Below are positions 58,372-64,000 of a stretch of 64,000 nt of DNA, piece after piece. Position numbers and translations under genes: made by a program. Origin of the DNA: Chthoniobacterales bacterium (GTDB taxonomy: Bacteria > Verrucomicrobiota > Verrucomicrobiia > Chthoniobacterales > Chthoniobacteraceae); contig JBBQZX010000004.1 in NCBI GenBank assembly GCA_038207335.1, forward strand, positions 128,001 through 192,000, in the 5' to 3' direction. The notes beneath the pieces are model-generated. The model was not told where the DNA came from. It saw only the letters and a list, made by a program, of their open reading frames with translations, and ran no database searches. Position 1 is the stretch's first letter; each line of letters begins with the position of its first letter.

Positions 58372-58788
58372 TCAGTTGAAGGTCAGCACGTCGCTCACGC
58401 TGCCTTTTCCCCACAGCGTTTGCGTTTTGGTCTCGATGCCGTCGGGAGTGACATCGAGTTTGACCGCCGCGGGATCGGGGAAGTCCCATGTGACATCGAC
58501 AAGAAGGTCGATTCCCTCTTTCGGGAAGATCAGCGCCAGTTCGGTCTGCGCTTCAAAATCGTTTGAGTTCCCTTGCCACACGATCTTACCGAGATGACTG
58601 ACCTCGTAGTGAAACGGCACCTTTGTCGAACTTATCGTGAGGTGGACTGCGGCAGGCGCTTCGGATGTTACTTTAGCTGCCTGTCCGAGCTGCGAAACCC
58701 GATGCGTGGTAAGGCTGCACAGCGGCACGATGAGCGCGAGCATCGCGACGAAGACTAGGATGAGCCGAATGAGTGGCGATCCTTTCAC
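58372..58788 (-). CDS. membrane-anchored hypothetical protein inside the metal ABC operon
   Basis: N-terminal TM; 3- and 9-bp gaps to neighbours. Confidence 0.6.
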   Translation of the reverse strand: MKGSPLIRLILVFVAMLALIVPLCSLTTHRVSQLGQAAKVTSEAPAAVHLTISSTKVPFHYEVSHLGKIVWQGNSNDFEAQTELALIFPKEGIDLLVDVTWDFPDPAAVKLDVTPDGIETKTQTLWGKGSVSDVLTFN

Positions 58789-58791
58789 GGG

Positions 58792-59664
58792 TTACTTCAG
58801 TGCGTCCACGATGGTGGAGACGTTGTGCTTCATCATCCCGGAGTAAGTTCCCGTCTCCCCGGTGCCGAGCCCGTCGGCGTAGAGCGTACCGCCGATCTTT
58901 GCGCCTGTCTCGCGGGTGATCTCGGTGACGACTTTTGGGTTCAGGGTGCTTTCGAGAAAGATCGCTTTGACTCCTTGCGCTTTTACTTCGTCGATGAGCT
59001 TTGCCACCGCGCGGTTCGACGGTTCCGTCTCGGTGTTCACGCCTTCGATCGCGAGGATGGTAAAGCCGTAGTCGTGGGCAAAGTATTGCAAGGCGTCGTG
59101 CGAGGTCACCAGCTTGCGCTTGTCGCGAGGCAGCTCGGCGACCTTTCGCTTTGCCCAGCTCTGCAAGTCATCCAGTCCTTTGGAATACTTTGCGGCGTTT
59201 GTGGTGAAGGTGTCCTTGTCCGCGGGGTCGACCTCGATGAGTTCGTCGCGGACGATCGCCGTGGCTTTCTTCACATTCTCCACGCTATGCCACCAGTGCG
59301 GGTCTTCGCTTGCTGCGCCGTCGATTCCTTTTGTTTTCAAAGATGGGATCTTGTCTCCGACCTTCACCAGCTTCGCGTGCCCGCCGGTGGCTTCCTGCAG
59401 CTTGTCGATGTAGCTGCCGAGATGTTTGCCTGAGGTGAAGATCAACTCCGAGGCACCGACTTCTTTCAGGTCGGCAGGCGTAGGCTGATACTCATGCGGG
59501 TCGGTGTCCGGCTTCACGAGACCCGCGACTTTCACATGGCTCCCACCGACCTCCTGCGCGATCTCCGTAAGGATCGTGGAAAAGCACGAGACCTTTACCG
59601 GGTCGGCGGCGGACGCGGAAAGCGCGGCGACCAGGATGGCGATGGCGAAGGCCGCAAATTTCAT
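58792..59664 (-). CDS. Zn/Mn ABC substrate-binding protein (cluster A-I)
   Basis: DPHEYQP, DPHWWHS, TSHDALQYF, LYADGLG. Confidence 0.93.
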   Translation of the reverse strand: MKFAAFAIAILVAALSASAADPVKVSCFSTILTEIAQEVGGSHVKVAGLVKPDTDPHEYQPTPADLKEVGASELIFTSGKHLGSYIDKLQEATGGHAKLVKVGDKIPSLKTKGIDGAASEDPHWWHSVENVKKATAIVRDELIEVDPADKDTFTTNAAKYSKGLDDLQSWAKRKVAELPRDKRKLVTSHDALQYFAHDYGFTILAIEGVNTETEPSNRAVAKLIDEVKAQGVKAIFLESTLNPKVVTEITRETGAKIGGTLYADGLGTGETGTYSGMMKHNVSTIVDALK

Positions 59665-59749
59665 GGCGGCGGAGCGTAGGAAGGCAGTCGGCGGGTTGCA
59701 ACTACTCGCGCTTTTTCTGCAAACGACCCGCCGGGATCGGCGATCCCGG

Positions 59750-61561
59750 CTATAGCGCGCGGCGGTGGCGGCGGAGGCCGACGAGCATTCCCATGCCACT
59801 GAGGAGCGCGAGGAATGCGGAAGGCTCAGGCACGACGGTCAGCGTCAGGTCGTTTCCGGTGCCGCCGGTGTAGCTGGCGTGAAACGTATTTGTGCCGAAA
59901 GCAAAAGTGCTGTTGTTCGCGAGGTTTGCGAATGTGCCGGCGATCGGAGCCGCGCCGGTGTTGTCGATGACCGTGAAACTCAGGCCCGGAGTCAGCGTGC
60001 CGCTGCCGATGTCGCTGAAGGTGAACATTGCGCCCGAACTGAGGCTCACCGAGGGAGCTATGAGCGTGTCCGCAGTCCCCGCCGCGGAGTCGATGTTTAA
60101 AGTATAAGCCGCATCCGAGGCGAGACTCAGTGCGCCGGTGGTGAGCGTGCCGACCGTTGTCGCGGTGCCGGGCGCGATGCGCGCGCTCGAGCTTGCGCCG
60201 CTGCCGTCGCCGATGTTCACGGCATTCGCGAGCGAGCCGCCGCCGGCGAGCGTGGCGTTTTTCACCGCGGTGCCGACGCTTGCGGAGATCGAGCCATTCA
60301 CCACGAGCGTCCCCCCGTCCACGAACGTCGGGCCCGAATAGGTGCTCGTGCTCCCGACTGGGAGGGTCAGCGCGCCTGCGCCGAGTTTTCTCAGGCCGTC
60401 GTCCACCGGGCTGTCGCCGCCGATACCGGAATGCACGAGCGGTGCTGCTACCGTCACGTCGAAGCCATTCGTATCGATCCGCGCGCCGGAGTCGCGAACG
60501 TTGGCAGTCACGCCGGTCAGGGCGAGCGCCGTCCCGTTCGCACGCAGCGTTCCGCCGTTGAAATTCACCACGCTCGCCTGGGTCTTCCCCACCTCGGTAA
60601 TGGCATACGCCCCCGGGCCGACTGCCGTATTCGTCGCGAAAGTGCCACCATTCAGATTCAGCGTGCCGGAACCGCTTCCCAGATTGCCAAGCCGGAAACT
60701 CCCCGTTGCCACGCCGGTCGTGAGCAGCCCGGTTCCCGAGATCGTGATCGTCCCCACCGTGTTGGCTGTCGCCTGGTAGCCCGTCCCGACATTCACGTTA
60801 CTCGTGGTCGTCAGCGTGCCGCCGGAGACATTCACAACTCCGCTATCGGCGCCTGCGGCTCCCATAAAGAGCGTTTGCGTCGTATTGAACGTCCCAGCCG
60901 TCACGTTCAGCGTCGCCGATCCACCGTCGCCCACACCCGTGTAGCTCCCACCGGTAAAACTCGCCGCCCCGCTGCTGTTGAAGACCACGCCCCCTCTGAG
61001 CTGCAGCTTCGCCACCATCGTCGATGTCCCTGTGTAGTTCACCGTGCCACCGTTCACGATCACCGCCAAGCCGCTACCGCCAGAAACTCCGCTTCCGATA
61101 TTCAGCACGTTCCCCCGTCCCGATGTTCCAAGTCTGACTCGCACTGATCGTAAGCGTCTGGTTGATCGTCGTCGTCCCCGCCGAGAGCGCCGTCGTCGTG
61201 ATCCCGCTGCCAAAGAGGAAGAAGTTATTCGTCGTCCCGCCAGCCAGCGTGTAGCCGCTCGCGGTGAAAATCAGCCCCAGCGCATTGTTGGCGTCGTCAC
61301 CGTTACCGTCCCTGCCGTGCCGGCGAAAGTCGCGGTATTACTTTTCACGTTTGGCCAGACCACATCCCCCGCCACACCGGCGAGATGCCAAAAGCTCGAG
61401 GTCGTATTCCAATCCGCCGTCCCACCCGAGCCAGGATCGGTCCCGAGCTGAGTCGGATCCCAGAAGTAATTCGCCGCGCTGGCAAAAGGCGCGAGTGCAG
61501 GCAGAGCGACGGCGGCGAGGATGGACGTGGCGAGGATTGGGAGGCGGTTTTTGCGGGTCAT
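59750..61561 (-). pseudogene. PEP-CTERM-sorted beta-strand-repeat surface protein with two compensating frameshifts
   Basis: Signal MTRKNRLP...ASAANYFWD; LRKLGAGALTL passenger repeat; VPEPSAFLALLSGMGMLVGLRRHRR terminus; frame breaks near 61290 and 61113. Confidence 0.75.
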
Positions 61562-61751
61562 AATCAGGAGCTTAGAAGGGGATTCAAAAAACGGGGGAAA
61601 AGGACTTACTCGAACACTCGCGGCATTCAAGCAGCGGTTCCTGTAAAAAATTTAGTTCCCGGCTAGCGGTGGAGCAGTAACGCCCTTCCCCCCAATAGCG
61701 AAGAGAACGGCAAAGCGTTCACCTCAAGCGGTTAAGATAAACCGCCGGCAA

Positions 61752-64000
61752 CTAGGTGGCAGAGGAAGGCGAGAGATCTAGTTCGCGGATGGTGACGCTG
61801 TTTTCGGCGGGGCCGATGGGGAGGATTTGAGCGTCGGCGAGGTTGTTCAGAGCGTATCTCGTGGGGCCGATTGTCACGCTGCGGATGAGTTGGGCGACGA
61901 TGCCGGTGCTTTCTCCGGGGGCGCCGGTAACGGTGCCGCGGATAGTGATGCTCGCGATTTTGGAGACGATGCCGGGGTCGTCGAAGCCGGGGGCGATTTC
62001 GTCGAGGGCGTTGCCAAAGCCCGCGTCGGCTCCGACAGCAACGCCTGCGACGATGCTGGATGCGGTCCAGTTGCCGTTCACTTTTATGCTGCCGATTTGG
62101 GCGTCGGGATTGGACGGTGTGCCGGTGAGGTCGTATCCGGCGAGAATGTTCGTGGCGCTCGCGTTTCCACGGACGGTGAGGCGCGCGAGCTTGATACCGA
62201 CGGTGAGTTCCGAGTCGGTGAGGTCGTGGGTAAAGGTGAGCGCGTTGGCGGTATCGGCGACGCGTAAGGTGGTGCCGTTGGCGTTGCCGCCCACGGTGAA
62301 TGTCTTGAGTTTCCCTCCGATGAGAATCGTGGAGCCGATGCTGGCGTCGCCGAGGATGCGGAGGGTGCCTGCGTCGCCGTCGCTGAGGAGTCCGTCGCCA
62401 GTGCGGATGGTTCCGCCGCTGAGCGCGCCGAGTGTGAGTTTCGCGATGCCGCCGTCGGCGGTGATCGCGCCGCTGCCGATGCCCGCCCCTGCGCCGAGAT
62501 GGCCGGAGATGCTGATGTTTCCAAGGTCCCCGACGAATTCGCCCGTCTCGTCGATGCGGTCGAAGGCCGAGACCGTGCCGCCCCGGTTGCCGTCGCCGCC
62601 CTGAACGTTGCCGGTGATTTCCACCTTTCCGATCTTCCCGAGCGCGGAGACTGCGCCGCTGAAAAGTCCGCCGCCGCCCGCGAGCGCATCGAGCGCCGTG
62701 GTGGCACTGCCGCCGATCGTGACGCTGCCGAGCGAGCCGCCGGAAATCACTGCGCCGGAGTTGCCGCCCATACCGCCCTCGACGTGGCCGAGCACGGTGA
62801 TCGAGCCGAAGCCGCCGGCTTGCAACGGATCGAGTCCGCTCCGAACGAGGCCGCTCTGCTGACCATCGGAGCCGGTGAGGTCGCCGCGAATAAGGACGCT
62901 TTTCACCGCTCCTTGCGCGAGGATCGAGCCGGAGCCATCCCCCACCCCGCCCTCGACGCTGCCGATGATCTCGATCTTACCGATGTCGCGCCCGCTTTCG
63001 ATCGAACCGGTCTGGGCGAAAGAGCCGCCGAAGATGTTTCCCAGCACCTTCACATCGGGCAGGCCATCCGCGAAAATCCCGCCGGAGCGCGCACCCGCGT
63101 TTGGAGTGGTGCCGTCGATATCACCGGTCAGGCGCACTTTTGCGATCGATCCGATCGCGCTCACGAAGCCGCTCCGCGGCCCCACACCAGCCACGATGTC
63201 CTCGCCGACTGTCAGCGACGAAATGTTTCCGAATGCCCGGAGCGTCCCCGAGTTTTCCCCGATGCCGCCCGCGACGTCGCCGCCGATCTTCACGGCGCCG
63301 ACATTTCCGCGGCTCATGATGGTACCGCTGTTCGTACCATCGGCGCCAGCGAGCCCGCCGGAAATATCCACGCTCGCGATTCCCGCAGCCGCGCTGATCC
63401 TCCCGGAATTCGCGCCGCCGCCGCCCATCACGCTTCCGCCAATCACGATCGCGCCGATGCCGCGTTCGCTGGTGATTTCTCCCGTGTCGTCACTCGCCGC
63501 CTCCACCGCCGTGCGGCCGACGAGCGAGCCGCCGATTGCGAGCGAGCCGAGCTTTGCGGCGGTCGTCACCTGGCCTTGGCTATTCTTACCGTCGATGACC
63601 CGGACGCGCGCGTCCTTCACGTCCGCGATCACTTTCAAAAAACTCAATTCCCCAGTGATCGTGCTTACGAGATCCGGAGCGGGATTCGTGGCGGTCGGCT
63701 CAGCCACTTGGATTTGTGTGGAAGTCCCGAGTTGCCCGATAGATTGCACCGTAAGCCCTGCAAGCCCGATTTTCAGCGCCGCACCGCCTGCATCGACCTG
63801 CCCGAGGTCGCCGTCGATTACGATCTTCCCGAGCGAAACTCCCACGCCGGAAATCGCGCCGACATTTGCGAAACCATTGGCCATGCCCACTTGCTCCGCG
63901 ATGATCGTAAGCCCCACGCCATCCACCGTGCTGCCTTTGCTCGCGATCACCGGGAATTTCGTGAAGTCGATCAACTGCAACTGCTGCGGTGTCGTCGAGT
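61752..64000 (-). CDS. large Gly-rich beta-helical repeat surface protein (5' end outside window)
   Basis: Repeats of IGGxxxGGxGxxSGxI; frame open to the window edge. Confidence 0.8.
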   Translation of the reverse strand, partial: STTPQQLQLIDFTKFPVIASKGSTVDGVGLTIIAEQVGMANGFANVGAISGVGVSLGKIVIDGDLGQVDAGGAALKIGLAGLTVQSIGQLGTSTQIQVAEPTATNPAPDLVSTITGELSFLKVIADVKDARVRVIDGKNSQGQVTTAAKLGSLAIGGSLVGRTAVEAASDDTGEITSERGIGAIVIGGSVMGGGGANSGRISAAAGIASVDISGGLAGADGTNSGTIMSRGNVGAVKIGGDVAGGIGENSGTLRAFGNISSLTVGEDIVAGVGPRSGFVSAIGSIAKVRLTGDIDGTTPNAGARSGGIFADGLPDVKVLGNIFGGSFAQTGSIESGRDIGKIEIIGSVEGGVGDGSGSILAQGAVKSVLIRGDLTGSDGQQSGLVRSGLDPLQAGGFGSITVLGHVEGGMGGNSGAVISGGSLGSVTIGGSATTALDALAGGGGLFSGAVSALGKIGKVEITGNVQGGDGNRGGTVSAFDRIDETGEFVGDLGNISISGHLGAGAGIGSGAITADGGIAKLTLGALSGGTIRTGDGLLSDGDAGTLRILGDASIGSTILIGGKLKTFTVGGNANGTTLRVADTANALTFTHDLTDSELTVGIKLARLTVRGNASATNILAGYDLTGTPSNPDAQIGSIKVNGNWTASSIVAGVAVGADAGFGNALDEIAPGFDDPGIVSKIASITIRGTVTGAPGESTGIVAQLIRSVTIGPTRYALNNLADAQILPIGPAENSVTIRELDLSPSSAT

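Noticed and set aside
59690..59722. Zur/Fur-type operator upstream of the metal ABC operon (TTGCAACTACTCGCG)
   Set aside because: Only a half-site; the palindrome is too weak to call.

Overview
High-GC bacterial chromosome segment. The gene content, a PEP-CTERM protein, UBact and a TGTTC-N4-GAACA SOS box point to Verrucomicrobiota (Chthoniobacter/Spartobacteria-like); this assignment is inference. Housekeeping genes are rpsU, glnS, secG, a Zn/Mn ABC transporter and an SOS-controlled imuA-imuB-dnaE2 cassette. Notable elements: (1) a glycan-biosynthesis cluster at 12.9-22.0 kb that embeds a dedicated 2-oxoacid-dehydrogenase-like E1alpha/E1beta/E2 trio (no E3), a stand-alone ACP and a GNAT-like protein between glycosyltransferases and deacetylase-like proteins, a candidate ThDP/lipoyl/ACP pathway for acylating a surface glycan; (2) an integrase-less integron-type cassette array at 23.8-26.8 kb with two intact and two decayed attC-like sites, a candidate attI and a 3x42-bp repeat; (3) a 58-aa UBact gene missed by the ORF track, heading a proteasome beta/alpha operon that continues into peptidoglycan amidase genes; (4) a vWA/coiled-coil/prenyltransferase-repeat/thioredoxin operon interrupted by an SGNH hydrolase flanked by a 61-bp duplication; (5) frameshifted relics (hicBA, a second antitoxin, a PEP-CTERM gene); (6) orphan ureG/ureD coupled to a Cys/His-motif BNR protein and a ClC channel. 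No rRNA, tRNA, CRISPR array, transposase or integrase was recognised. All calls come from reading motifs by eye; no searches were run.
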